Source: Octopus sinensis
Taxonomy: Eukaryota
Reading direction: 5' to 3'
NCBI RefSeq assembly: GCF_006345805.1
Contig: NC_043000.1
Coordinates: 2,790,001 to 2,854,000 of the forward strand
Length of the DNA stretch: 64,000 bases
Shown: positions 1-12,205 of the stretch, piece after piece
Layout of the letters: each line of letters begins with the position of its first letter
Position numbering within the stretch: position 1 is the first letter of the stretch
Made by a program: the position numbers and the translations under genes
The notes under the pieces: generated by a model
Database searches by the model: none
What the model was told of the DNA's origin: nothing
Seen by the model: the letters and a program-made list of their open reading frames with translations, nothing else

Positions 1-35
1 GTTACATGTTACCAGTAGCACTCGAAAGTGACCTG

Positions 36-104
36 ACATACATACATACATACATACATATGTACGTACATACATACATACATACATACATACATGCATG
101 CATA
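36..104. repeat. (CATA)n microsatellite
   Basis: Direct tetranucleotide repeat. Confidence 0.95.
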
Positions 105-1616
105 TAAATTATCATGATATCCAGGACAGTAAAAATCTACTAGACCTTCTTAAGATTCAAACAATGATGATCAAAAGAAGATTCTTCCCTTCACAGTCTT
201 TCTATTAAATAGGTGGCTGGCTAAGATTTCACTCTAAATTAAAAAGAGGAAAAGAACATACATACATACATGCATAAATATATCATCAACAACAACAATA
301 ACAACAACAATTTTACCACCACCACCATCTAATGTCTGTTTTCTATGCTGGTATGGATTGGATATTTCAACAGTAGCTGAGCCAAGTCCCAATATCTGCT
401 TTGGCACAGTTTCTATGGATGGATGCCCTTCCTAACATCAATAACTGTACAGATTGTACTGAAAGCTTTTTATGTGGCACCAGCACCTGTGAGGTCACCA
501 GATAACTTGCAAGATGAAAAGCCCCCTCACTTGAGCACGGTAAAGTATTAAGGGAGGTGGCTTTTGTGCCTAATGATGAACGGTAGGTATGATAAAAGGA
601 CAAAAACGTGTATGAGAAACATGTCTACTTTATCCAGGAAGACTAAAAAGGCAAAGTTGACTTCATTAAAATTTGAACTCAAGATTTAATGAGTGATAAC
701 TAAATACTGAAAATCATTTTGTTTGGCAGACACTTCAAAACATATACCAGTCCATCAACTGATTTGTCTCTAAAGAAGAGGTTAATAATATGACATATAA
801 TATAATTATATTGTGATGTGTTTGGAGGACAGAAGCTGATTAGAAATAAACTGATAAAAACAGACATCTTTGAAGCTAAACATCTTTGACAACAACTATG
901 AATTTGTTGTCTAATTAACAAACTCCATTAGATTCTCTGCTACTTTACACACCATTATACCAGTACACTTTAACATCTTGTCTTTTCTACTCCCAGAATG
1001 AAATGTTGTTTTCTACAATGGCAGTAAATTATCACAGCTGCTATTGCTACTGCTGTTGTTGTTTTTGTTGTTGTTGCTCTCACTATGTTTATAATATGTT
1101 ATTGAGGTTGTAGTTGATACAGTTGTTATTGTTGTCACTGGTTGATATAATTTTATTATTGTTGTGGTTGTTAATATTTTAGCTGTCTTATAATAAACCG
1201 TTGCTGGCCTCCACCGCTTCCTCGTCATCCCATCATCCTGTTGAAATTATCTGTCATTCAGTTTGGTTATTAGTGTTATTGGATGGTTAAGTACGTTATG
1301 GCTTTGCCATGGGAGGAGGTGTGACAGCACTTGTGACATTTATAGAACCTTCTAGACAGGTGAGAAGAAAGAGAAGAAGGAGAGAGAGCATGACTCATGT
1401 TTGCAGCTAACTATTACTGTAACCTTTGTATGCAGCTCAGCCAGAAATCAGTGGATGCAGCTGGGTGGATCTGCAAGCAAAGAGGAGGGCAGCCTCCCAA
1501 ATCATTAATCATTGGATACTGCCGGGTGTATCTAGTGGTAAGCCTTCACTGAAGAAGCATTTCCAACTGTTAGGTCTGTCATAACCCCTAGGGCTTATAA
1601 AGGCAGAACTTGATCT

Positions 1617-1846
1617 GAGCTGGCAGAAACGTTAGCACGCCGGGCGAAATGCTTAGCGGTATTTCGTCTGCCATTACACTGTGAGTTCAAATTCCGCTGA
1701 GGTCGACTTTACCTTTCATCCTTTCGGGGTCGATAAATTAAGTGCCAGTTACGCACTGGGGTCGATGTAATCGACTTAATACCTATGTCTGTCCTTGTTT
1801 GTCCCCTCTGTGTTTAGCCCCTTGTGGGTAATAAAGAAATAGGTAT
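1617..1846 (+). mobile_element. tRNA-derived SINE, family S1 (Meta/MESC-like central domain)
   Basis: Head GAGCTGGCAGAAACGTTAGC, B-box GAGTTCAAATTCC and central CCTTTCATCCTTTCGGGGTCGATAAATTAAGT. More than 12 copies occur in the window. Confidence 0.85.
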
Positions 1847-1849
1847 ATA

Positions 1850-2044
1850 AGTGACTGAGATTACAATACTCCTCCACTGAATAGGACACTGGGTTAACTT
1901 CCTATTTACAGCTGAGTGAACTGGAGCAACATGAATTGAAGTGTTTTTTCTCATGAATACAACACACTGCATAGTGTGTATTTTGAAACAACAATCTTAT
2001 GATCATGAGTGCAACACCCTACCCACTAGGCCATGTACCTTCAC
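1850..2044 (-). mobile_element. Degenerate tRNA/CORE-type SINE (S5-like head)
   Basis: Reverse complement resembles the head and TTGCTCCAGTTCACTCAGCTGTA block of the 24112 copy. Confidence 0.6.
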
Positions 2045-2111
2045 TCTTTCATCTGTACTCTCTCACAAAATAGTACTATACAAGGAAATACACAATAGGA
2101 AGCGGTACATC

Positions 2112-2343
2112 AAGGCGGCGAGCTGGCTGAAACGTTAGCACGCCGGGCAAATTGCTTATCGGTATTTCGTCTGCGTTACGTTGTGAGTTCAAATTCCACC
2201 GAGGTCGACTTTGCCTTTTATCCTTTCGGGGTCGATAAATTAAGTACCAGTTACGCACTGGGGTCGATGTAATCGACTTAATACCTATGTCTGTCCTTGT
2301 TTGTCCCCTCTATGTTTAGCCCCTTGTGGGTAATAAAGAAATA
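2112..2343 (+). mobile_element. SINE S1, full length with TSD
   Basis: S1 sequence flanked by direct repeat GGTACATC (2104-2111 and 2344-2351). Confidence 0.9.
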
Positions 2344-2419
2344 GGTACATCAAGGCATTTATGTTATTCTCAGACCAAGGACAGTCTAAAAGCTTGTAGC
2401 AAAGTGGATTCTGTTAAAG

Positions 2420-3090
2420 CAATGTTTCTCAACTATTTTTTGTCTATGGACCCCTTTGTCCCTTATTTTACTCAAATGAACCCTCTTAGCCATTTAATGT
2501 CTCAACAATCATATATTTTTATAATTAAATATTAGGAATTGTATAAGAAAATTGTTAAAATATAATGGGAATTGTAGAAGTATTGCCAGCACTGGATTAA
2601 CCATTAAGCAAAATAAGCAAGTGCTTAGGGCATCAAGGGAAGGAGGTGGCACCACAGAAATGGTAAATGGTTTACAGTACAAAAGAAATCACTTTAAACT
2701 TGCCAAAATAATATTCGGGATGCCTTTATCTTTACTAAGAATAGATGCAGATGTGTTACCTAAGATTAATTTTGAGGATTTGATCAAAGACTTTGCAATT
2801 CAAAAAAGTAGGAGGAAACTTTTCAAATATAAATAAAGTGGAAGTATACAAAAATATACATTATTTTCCCTCTTACTGTTTTGTTTCATTTTGGAAAATA
2901 AAAATTTATTTTATGGTTTGTCATTGTTTATATTTTGAATTACATAATCTTTTATGGGGGCACCGAAATCTTTTAAGTGCTTAAGGCCTCAATAGGTCTT
3001 AATCCGGCCCTGAGTATTGCACATAAATTTTAACAACAAAATCTTATATGGACCCACAAGGGCTATATGAACCCTGGTTGAGAACCACTG
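2420..3090. mobile_element. hAT-type MITE, interrupted by a second hAT element
   Basis: TIRs CAATGTTTCTCAAC / GTTGAGAACCACTG; 8-bp TSD TGTTAAAG/TGTTACAG; homologous to 5959-6597. Confidence 0.8.
2587..3012 (+). mobile_element. Internally deleted hAT transposon with transposase C-terminal remnant
   Basis: TIRs CAGCACTGGATTAA / TTAATCCGGCCCTG; perfect 8-bp TSD AGTATTGC (2579-2586, 3013-3020); peptide LSLLRIDADVLPKINFEDLIKDFAIQKSRRK resembles the end of the hAT dimerisation domain. Confidence 0.85.
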
Positions 3091-3286
3091 TGTTACAGGA
3101 ATCCAAAAGTCAGGAAGTGCTGTTACATGGCTAACAGGTTAGTCCTACCACCCAAAAATGTAAGTAGTGATCTGTTCACTCTCTATATTTCCGGATCCCT
3201 GCATGAAATACTTAAAGTAACCAGGAAAGGTTGTTTTCTCTCTTCAAGATTAGCAATGTAATAATAGACAGATGATTGCAACATAG

Positions 3287-3860
3287 TTTTAGGTTGTCTA
3301 GAAAGTTTGTGCCAATTTATAGCAGCTTACCTTTTGACTTATTTTAGAACATGGTTGAGTCCATAAAATAGGATTTGACTGCACCACCATTTAGAGCACA
3401 GTTTAAGCTATCTTTTCGTGGAAGAAGGTTTATGTTCTTATAACCTGTGTTAATTCTATAACCCTTTAAAATGGAAGATAAGAAAGTTCATTTTCAGCAC
3501 TTGATGCTTTGGGAACCAGACAAAAATTGCTGCAGCTTGGCTAGGATGTGTTACCCCACCCTCCATGTTCACCAGATATTGCTCCTTCGGATTTCCACTT
3601 ATTCAGGTTTCTGCAGAATAGTCTTAATGGTAAAAATTTCAATTCCTTGGATGACATAAAAAGATACCTTGATGAATTCTTTGCCATGAAACCACCTCAA
3701 TTCTGGGAAGAGGGTATTTTCAAGTTAAAGGAAAGATGGAGATGCATTGTGCAACAAAATGGTTCAAATTTGGTTGGTCGATTAAAAATGTAATGGCAAG
3801 TATTTATTGAGCTTTTTCTTTCCTTTAAAAATCGGCACGAACTTTCCAGACAACCCAATA
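3287..3860 (+). mobile_element. Internally deleted mariner transposon
   Basis: About 30-bp imperfect TIRs (TTTTAGGTTGTCTAGAAAGTTTGTGCC / GGCACGAACTTTCCAGACAACCCAATA) around a transposase remnant. Confidence 0.9.
3471..3793 (+). pseudogene. Mariner transposase remnant (N-terminus fused to C-terminus)
   Basis: MEDKKVHFQHLMLWE start joined out of frame to LPHPPCSPDIAPSDFHLF...KLKERWRCIVQQNG (YSPDLAPSDY motif); the middle of the gene is deleted. Confidence 0.9.
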
Positions 3861-4384
3861 TATCCTGAAACAAAGATAAATGACTAAATGGATGGTTAAA
3901 ATTTCACTTCCTTTAACAAAAATCACTTACTGGACAACCTAACTTCATATCCTAGGACAAGAACAAGAGACTGGCCAGCTTAGTTTCCTTTCCTAATACA
4001 AAGATGTGTGACTATGTAACTATAGCTTTATTTATTATTATAGAGGTGAGTAACTGAGTGGCTTATGGTATTATGTGACATGTTTATTTCCTGTGTAGAG
4101 TTTCCTATTACTCATGTGCACAGCCACTTATATATTATTATTGTTGGTTAGTATGGAAAAGATTATTCATTTCTAAATAAATCAATCCAGTTCAGTGACA
4201 TAAGATATCAGTTAGATAAAAGGATCAAAGACAGAAATCCAATTTTTAAGCTGAACTAACTCAACCGTGATGACCATCAATATTTGGATGAATTAAACAG
4301 TAATTAATGGATAAACCAGTTGTTTTAACCGAGTTATTCTTAGCCATTAGATCAGATGTTCTCAAATGTTATACTACAGCACAT

Positions 4385-5175
4385 TTGTATGCTGTGTTTA
4401 ATGTACAAGTATGGTGTGTATGATTCACAGGTGTGCTCATTATGACTCACAGGTTGCAGTGAAGAATTTACAGGTGTACAATTTGCAAGTGTACCAAATG
4501 CAATTCACAGGTGTGCTGTGTATGAGTCACAGGTGTGCTGTTAGGATTCACAAGTATGCTGTGTACAATTCACAGGTATGCTGTGTACATTTCACAGGTA
4601 TATTCTGTGTATGATTTGCAAATATGCTGTGTATGATTCACAGGTGTGCTGTGTATGGTTCACAAGTATGCTGTGTACAATTCACAGATATGCCATGTAC
4701 AATTCAAAGGCGTGCTACATATGAATCACAGGTGTGTTGTGTACAATTCACAGGTGTGCTGTTATGGTTTGCTGATTTGCTGAGTAGGATTCACAGGGGT
4801 GTTGTATATGATATGCAGGTATGCTGTTTACAGTACACAAGTGAATTTTATATGATTCACAGGAGTACTGTGTATAATTCACAGGTGTGTTGTGTACAAT
4901 TCACTGATGCAATATGTATGATTCACAAAGTGGTGATCTGGTAGAAATGTTAGCACACTGGGTGAAATGCTTAGCAGTATTTTGTCTGTCTTTACATTCT
5001 GAGTTCAAATTCCACCAAGGTCGACTTTGCCTTTCATCCTTTCGTGGTCGATAAATTGAGTACCAGTTGCATACTGGAGTTGAGCTAAACAACTGGCACC
5101 CTTCCCAAAATCTTTGGGCCTTGTGTCTAGAGTAGAAAGGATTCACAGACGTGCTGTGTACAATACACAGATGTA
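4385..5175. repeat. Degenerate 22-bp minisatellite (consensus GTRTGCTGTGTACAATTCACAG) interrupted by an S1 SINE at about 4930-5140
   Basis: About 25 units visible; the array resumes after the SINE tail. Confidence 0.85.
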
Positions 5176-5278
5176 TTGTATCTGACTTACTGGAGGACAG
5201 GGGGCTTTTATGTCAAGTCAGAAAATGCCAGGGTATTAAAAATCTTGTACATATTTAATGCACTACATCACTTATATA

Positions 5279-5473
5279 CTTTATTTAAAAGCAGCAGAAA
5301 TATAACAAAAACTGTTACTCAGAGTTCCACGCCCTCATTCATTGGACAGAAAACTCTGAGTAACAGCTTTTGTTATATTTCTGCTGCCTTTGAATAAAGC
5401 ATATTACTCTACCTCTGGTATTTGATTACTCTTTTTTTCCACCTTGTTTCACATTTATGTACTTACTCCGGTA
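5279..5473. mobile_element. Penelope-like terminal-repeat fragment with inverted partial copy
   Basis: About 48-bp inverted repeat (5279-5326 vs 5352-5399); the loop holds a decayed hammerhead-like motif on the minus strand; a related decayed copy lies at about 32240-32370. Confidence 0.55.
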
Positions 5474-5484
5474 CACACACACAC

Positions 5485-5526
5485 ACCACCACCACCACCA
5501 CCACCACCACCACCACCACCACCACC

Positions 5527-5560
<34 letters not shown>

Positions 5561-5722
5561 TCATTGTTTAACGTCCGTTTTCCGCGCTAGCACGGGTTGG
5601 ACAGTTCGACCGGGGTCTCGGGAGCCAGGGGCTGCACCAGGCTCCAGTCTGATCTGGCAGTGTTTCTACAGCTGGATGCCCTTCCTAATGCCAACCACTC
5701 CGCGAGTGTAGTGGGTGCTTTT
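5485..5722 (-). mobile_element. 3' part of SINE S3 with (GAT)n/(GGT)n tail
   Basis: GTTTAACGTCCGTTTTCCGCGCTAGC...GGATGCCCTTCCTAATGCCAACC shared by more than 10 copies; (CAC)n(CAT)n run at 5485-5564. Confidence 0.8.
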
Positions 5723-5723
5723 T

Positions 5724-5766
<43 letters not shown>

Positions 5767-5958
5767 TATGCATGATGTTTCCATGAATCAAATTCCTCTC
5801 ACAAGTACTTGATCAACTCAGGCTATGGCAGAAGACATTTTCCCTAAGTGCAGTGCAATGAATTCAAACACAGAACCACATGGTTGCCTACTGAGCTTCT
5901 GAACCAAATGGCTATTCCTGCATCCACCATTTACCTTCTATAATCTTATCCTTTACAC

Positions 5959-6597
5959 CAGTGGTTTTTCACCACTTCCTATTGATGGCCCTCACCCCTT
6001 GTTTCCTGCTTCACTCAGATGGACCCTCATAACCATTTGATGCTTAAAAAATCCAATTACATTTCTATAATTAAATAAGCAGTATCGCCCGGCATTGCTC
6101 GGGTTTGTTTCGACCCTTTAGAATTGGAATTTTTGAAAAGTAAAAATTTTGCATTATGTAGTTTTTTTTTCTCTTTAAGTGAACATTTTTCTGGTTGAAA
6201 TACACCGAAAAATGGTGACACAGCAGTCAAAAAATCGTAAAAAATAGGGATTTTCATAGGAAAAAAGCTCCTTTTTGATGTAAATAATTTTTAGTGTTAA
6301 CAAGGTCCAATTTGAATTTTTTCTTCTACAGTATAACAGAAGAAGGCCTGCTCTTCCTTCTTCTATTATACTCTCAATCTTGGTCAACTTATGCCGCAGG
6401 GTCTTGGAGGACATAGTTTTAGTTGAAGGCTACCAAACCTGCCATACACAGACAACTTCAGCTTTATATATGTAGAGATTAGGAATTGTGTAAAAAAATT
6501 GTTAGAATATTTTGTGCATTTTTATTGCACATAAATTTTTTACAAAATTTTTATATGAAACCCCAAGGGTCACATGGACCCTGATTGAGAAGCATTG
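5959..6597. mobile_element. hAT-type MITE (same family as 2420-3090), interrupted by a Helitron
   Basis: CAGTGGTTTTTCAC...TTGAGAAGCATTG ends; TSD CTTTACAC/CTTTATGC is consistent with CpG decay of CTTTACGC. Confidence 0.75.
6076..6478 (-). mobile_element. Non-autonomous Helitron, second subfamily
   Basis: Shares the terminal GCAGTATCGCCCGGC-TTGCTCGGG hairpin end and TC-TATATA start with the 13683, 34347 and 61966 copies, but has a different interior. Confidence 0.7.
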
Positions 6598-6954
6598 CTT
6601 TATGCAATCAATTACAGAAGAAATCTTGAGTGAATTTCGACATCTCTTTCAATATTTGTAAATTGTGTTTAGTCTTGCACTTGACATTTTCTGTATAACT
6701 CAGTTATCTTCTGTAGCTTTCTCATTGTTTGTATTACTTTCTTTCATACTTCCACTTCATCTGCTAACCTGCTTCTTGACAAATTAGGTATGAAAACTCC
6801 AATTAAACCCATGACTAGTGGTTCTGTAATTTGTTTGAGAGCATTACACTAATTTCCATTCTTTCACTGGAAAGTTGAATGACCGTGTGTTAAAGGAAAC
6901 ATCTTAGTAAGGAATTACAAATGTGACAGAAAACAAGAAAAATGGTATTTGAAT

Positions 6955-7370
6955 AAGGTGGCAAACTGGCAGAATCATTAGCATGCCGGGCGAAATGCTT
7001 AACGGTATTTCGTCTGCCGCTACGTTCTGAGTTCAAATTCCGCCGAGGTCAACTTTGCCTTTCATTGTTTCGGGGTCGATTAAATAAGTACCAGTTATGC
7101 ACTGGGGTCGATATAATCGACTTAATCCATTTGTCTGTCCTTGTTTGTCCTCTCTGTGTTTAGCCCCTTGTGGGTAGTAAAGAAATAGGTATTTTGTCTG
7201 CCGCTACGTTCTGAGTTCAAATTCCGTCGAGGTCAACTTTGCCTTTCATCCTTTCGGGGTCGATTAAATAAGTACCGGTTACGCACTGGGGTCGATATAA
7301 TCGACTTAATCCATTTGTCTGTCCTCTCTGTGTTTAGCAAGCACCTTGTGGGTAGTAAATAAATAGGTAT
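6955..7370 (+). mobile_element. SINE S1, tandem partial dimer
   Basis: S1 body repeated from GGTATTTTGTCTGCCGCTACG at about 7187. Confidence 0.85.
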
Positions 7371-8342
7371 TTGAATATTGGCTGTATGGTGAAGAATCTC
7401 ACTTTGGAACCATGTGGTTTTGGGTTCTGCCCCACCGTGTGACACCTCGGGCAAGTGTCTTCTACTATTACCTTGGGCTGACCAATGCCTTGTGGGTGAA
7501 TCTGGTAGATGGAAACTGTGTGGAAGCCCATTGTGTGTGTATATGTGAATATTTATATATCTGTGTGTGTGTGTGTGTGTCCACCCATTTGTAAATGGGT
7601 ACCAACCAACAGAGGAGCCTTCTGATCAAGGGGAATTTTGACCTACTCACCAAGTCAGCAGGGTGGCATCATTCAAAAGCTAAAACAATGCAAAGTGCAT
7701 TGTGACTAGTGATGTATAATATAAACATCTGATAGTCTGGTCAATACCCTAGCACTGTGATATACATGTGTATGTAACTGTGTGTCTTTGTCTCTGTGCT
7801 TGTCTCCTCACAGTACTTGACAACTAATGCTGGTTTGTTTACATCCTTATTACTTAGCAGTTTGGCAAAAGAGACCAACAGAATAAGTATCGGACTTTAA
7901 AAATAAATACTGTGGTTGATATGTTTGATTCAAACCCTTCAAGACGGTGTTCCATCATGGCCACAGTTCAGTGACTGAAATGAATTAAAGATAAAACCAA
8001 ATAATTTGTTTGATAGCCAATATAAATATAACTGGGAAGGGCAGTGGGCTGACAGAATCGTTAGCATGCTAAGTAAAATGCTTAGCAACATTTCATCTGC
8101 CTTTACGTTCCGAGTTCAATTTCTGCTGAGGTCAGCTTTACTTTTTATCGTTTTGGTATTGATAAAATAAGTACCAGTTGAGCACTGGGGTCAATCTAAT
8201 TGACTTATCCCTTTTCCTGAAACTTCTGGCCTCGTGCTAACACGGAAAGCCAATATAAATACAAGTGAGCTAAGAACAGCATCAGAAGATAATGCTATAT
8301 TTCTCAGTAAACCTCCTTATTGCAATAATCTCAACATGAAGG

Positions 8343-8492
8343 CACTGGTGTAGCTAAGGAGTGGGGCGTAGGGGCGGTCTGCCCCAGGCGACACTCTTGG
8401 GTCTGCTGTTGGCAATATGTGTTTATTGTGGGGTTTGAGGGCAGCAAACAGAAGGGCTGCCCCAGGTAGCACACACTCTAGCTATGTTAGTG
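8343..8492. mobile_element. 150-bp hAT-type MITE
   Basis: TIRs CACTGGTGTAGCTA / TAGCTATGTTAGTG; perfect 8-bp TSD CATGAAGG (8335-8342, 8493-8500). Confidence 0.85.
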
Positions 8493-8849
8493 CATGAAGG
8501 CCCCTTTAAAATCTTGTACCATATCTGCTGCACCTCACAATGATATTGTAATTGTTGCCATAGTTGTTTAGCCTTTGGTCAGCCTTGAATTGAGAAGAGC
8601 TTTGATTAAAGTCATTGGCATTCGAACTGTGAACATTCCATTTATTTTTGTTGTTTAGCCCAAGGTCAGTCATGACTGAGAAGATCCATGAGCATAGACA
8701 TTCTAGCTTGTTGTTTAGTTTCAGTTTAATCATAGATGAGAAGACTTTTGGTAAGGGACAAATACAGACACAAAGACACACACACACGCAATATGTATAT
8801 GTGTGTGTGTGTGTGTTGTGCATATATCATCATCATCATCATCATCATC

Positions 8850-8886
<37 letters not shown>

Positions 8887-8891
8887 ATTTT

Positions 8892-8919
8892 GTACTTGCT
8901 TCGGCAGTACATATACTAA
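8892..8919 (+). pseudogene. U6: 5' 28 nt of U6 snRNA (3'-truncated copy)
   Basis: GTACTTGCTTCGGCAGTACATATACTAA matches the invertebrate U6 5' stem-loop plus the AUAUAC signal; the rest of U6 is absent and both flanks are (TA)n. Confidence 0.8.
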
Positions 8920-9029
8920 TATATATATATATTGAGCATCAGCTAATATCTTGCATGTATCATGCCCTTGCATTGTTGATTTTTTTTTCTTGTGTTTGTT
9001 CCTTGTGTTATTTTGGATTAACTATATAC

Positions 9030-9575
9030 AGTTAATGCATTTCGTTTGTCTTTACGTTCTGAGTTCAAATTCCACCAAGGTCAAATTTGCCTTTCATCTT
9101 TTCGGGGTTGATGAAATAAGTACCAGTTGAGCACGGGTTGATATAATCGACTAGTTCCCCCTCCCCCAAATTTTGGGCCTTATGCCTGTAGAAGAAAGGA
9201 TTGCCCCCGTGTCGGTTGCATGTAAAAGCACCATCCATTCGTGTCCGTTGCCAGCCTTGCCTGGCCCCCGTGCCGGTGACATGTAAAAGCACCATCCGTT
9301 CGTGGCCATTTGCCAGCTCTGTCTGGCCCCCGTGTTGGTGGCACGTAAAAGCACCATCCGTTTGTAGCCGTTTGCCAGCTCTGTCTGGCACCTGTGCGGG
9401 TGGCACGTAAAAAGCACCCACTACACTCACGGAGTGGTTGGTGTTAGGAAGGGCATCCAGCCGTAGAAACACTGCCAGATCTGACTGGGCCTGATGAAGC
9501 CTTCCAGCTTCACAGACCCCAGTTGAACCGTCCAACCCATGCTAGCATGGAAAACAGACGCTAAATGATGATGAT
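9030..9575 (+). mobile_element. S1 followed by S3 SINE (duplicated at 10396-10941)
   Basis: S1 body, then S3 with internal repeats and a (GAT)n tail. Confidence 0.8.
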
Positions 9576-10255
9576 TATTAAAGCTGTGAGCTGGCAGGAT
9601 CGTTAGCACACCAGGTGAAATGCTTAGCAATATTTCATCTGTCTTTATGTTCTGAGTTCAAATTCTACTGAGGTTGGCTTTGCTTTTCATCCTTGCGACT
9701 ACCGTAAAAACCCATGTAATTTGCACACCTGTGTAATTTACACAGGTGATTTTCAGGATAAAATTTGTTAAAAATTGGCTTCTACTCATGTAAAATTTGC
9801 ACCCAAAAGTTTTCAGAATTGCTGATATGGCCAGGGGAAAAAAGCTTTTCAATTTAGTTGTACTTAGCATAATTTCACTTAGTTATGATTAGATTTTATT
9901 AAATTTGATTAAACAAAATTAATTTGTTTAACAGGTATCACATTGAAAGCTGTTAAATTGCAAAATGTTTGTGTTGTTTATAATATTCTTTTTTTTTTAT
10001 TCTTTTTTATTCTTTTACTTGTTTCAGTCATTTGACTGCGGCCATGCTGGAGCACCGCCTTTAGTCGAGCAAATCAACCCCGGGACTTATTCTTTGTAAG
10101 CCCAGTACTTATTCCATCGGTCTCTTTTGCCGAACCGCTAAGTGACGGGGACGTAAACACACCAGCATCGGTTGTCAAGCAATGCTAGGGGGACAAACAC
10201 ACAAACACACAAACACACACACATACACACATATATATATATATATATATATTTT

Positions 10256-10283
10256 GTACTTGCTTCGGCAGTACATATACTAA
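10256..10283 (+). pseudogene. U6: Second U6 5' fragment (from the tandem duplication)
   Basis: Identical to 8892-8919. Confidence 0.8.
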
Positions 10284-11371
10284 TATATATATATATATTG
10301 AGCATCAGCTAATATCTTGCATGTATCATGCCCTTGCATTGTTGATTTTTTTTTCTTGTGTTTGTTCCTTGTGTTATTTTGGATTAACTATATACAGTTA
10401 ATGCATTTCGTTTGTCTTTACGTTCTGAGTTCAAATTCCACCAAGGTCAAATTTGCCTTTCATCTTTTCAGGGTTGATGAAATAAGTACCAGTTGAGCAC
10501 GGGTTGATATAATCGACTAGTTCCCCCTCCCCCAAATTTTGGGCCTTATGCCTGTAGAAGAAAGGATTGCCCCCGTGTCGGTTGCATGTAAAAGCACCAT
10601 CCATTCGTGTCCGTTGCCAGCCTTGCCTGGCCCCCGTGCCGGTGACATGTAAAAGCACCATCCGTTCGTGGCCATTTGCCAGCTCTGTCTGGCCCCCGTG
10701 TTGGTGGCACGTAAAAGCACCATCCGTTTGTAGCCGTTTGCCAGCTCTGTCTGGCACCTGTGCGGGTGGCACGTAAAAAGCACCCACTACACTCACGGAG
10801 TGGTTGGTGTTAGGAAGGGCATCCAGCCGTAGAAACACTGCCAGATCTGACTGGGCCTGATGAAGCCTTCCAGCTTCACAGACCCCAGTTGAACCGTCCA
10901 ACCCATGCTAGCATGGAAAACAGACGCTAAATGATGATGATTATTAAAGCTGTGAGCTGGCAGGATCGTTAGCACACCAGGTGAAATGCTTAGCAATATT
11001 TCATCTGTCTTTATGTTCTGAGTTCAAATTCTACTGAGGTTGGCTTTGCTTTTCATCCTTGCGACTACCGTAAAAACCCATGTAATTTGCACACCTGTGT
11101 AATTTACACAGGTGATTTTCAGGATAAAATTTGTTAAAAATTGGCTTCTACTCATGTAAAATTTGCACCCAAAAGTTTTCAGAATTGCTGATATGGCCAG
11201 GGGAAAAAAGCTTTTCAATTTAGTTGTACTTAGCATAATTTCACTTAGTTATGATTAGATTTTATTAAATTTGATTAAACAAAATTAATTTGTTTAACAG
11301 GTATCACATTGAAAGCTGTTAAATTGCAAAATGTTTGTGTTGTTTATAATATTCTTTTTTTTTTATTCTTT

Positions 11372-11790
11372 TTTATTCTTTTACTTGTTTCAGTCATTTG
11401 ACTGCGGCCATGCTGGAGCACCGCCTTTAGTCGAGCAAATCAACCCCGGGACTTATTCTTTGTAAGCCCAGTACTTATTCCATCGGTCTCTTTTGCCGAA
11501 CCGCTAAGTGACGGGGACGTAAACACACCAGCATCGGTTGTCAAGCAATGCTAGGGGGACAAACACACAAACACACAAACACACACACATACACACATAT
11601 ATATATATATATATATATACATATATACGACAGGCTTCTTTCAGTTTCCGTCTACCAAATCCACTCACAAGGCATTGGTCGGCCCGGGGCTATAGCAGAA
11701 GACACTTGCCCAAGATGCCACGCAGTGGGACTGAACCCGGAACCATGTGGTTGGTTAGCAAGCTACTTACCACACAGCCACTCCTGCGCC
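11372..11790 (-). mobile_element. tRNA/CORE-type SINE S2, full length
   Basis: Reverse complement: GGCGCAGGAGTGGCTGTGTGGTAAG head, GGTTCAGTCCC B-box, CTTGGGCAAGT, internal (TA)/(TG) tract and GTAAAAGA tail. Confidence 0.9.
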
Positions 11791-12002
11791 TAAACTTTAT
11801 TTTACATTTCTTGCCCACAAGAGATTATGTCTGATCTTTAGAATACTGCTGCATGTCTTCTCAAATCACGATCACAGGAAAAGATATTGATAAGAATTTT
11901 CAATAAAAACAAAGCTGATAAATGCACACAGGTGTTGCAAATTAAGTTTAATTACCACTAAACATTAATGGTTTTAATAAATTTATACAGAAAAAAGTAA
12001 GC

Positions 12003-12174
12003 AGGCGCAGGAGTGGCTGTGTTGTAAGTAGCTTGCTAACCAACCACATGGTTCCGGGTTCAGTCCCACTGCGTGGCATCTTGGGCAAGTGTCTTCTGCT
12101 ATAGCCTCAGGCTGACCAATGCCTTGTGAGTGGATTTGGTAGACGGAAACTGAAAGAAGCCTGTCGTATATATG

Positions 12175-12205
<31 letters not shown>

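Larger units (their letters stand above)
8870..11600. repeat. Near-perfect 1366-bp tandem duplication
   Basis: Five ORFs recur at an offset of 1366; differences seen are G9104/A10470 and TA-run length. Confidence 0.95.

Noticed and set aside
1013-1237. Minus-strand T/N/S-rich ORF after a TTTCAACAG acceptor-like site
   Set aside because: Low complexity from (CAA)n-like sequence, with no recognisable domain or partner exon.
5457-5711. Poly-His ORF
   Set aside because: Translation of the (CAC)n(CAT)n SINE tail.
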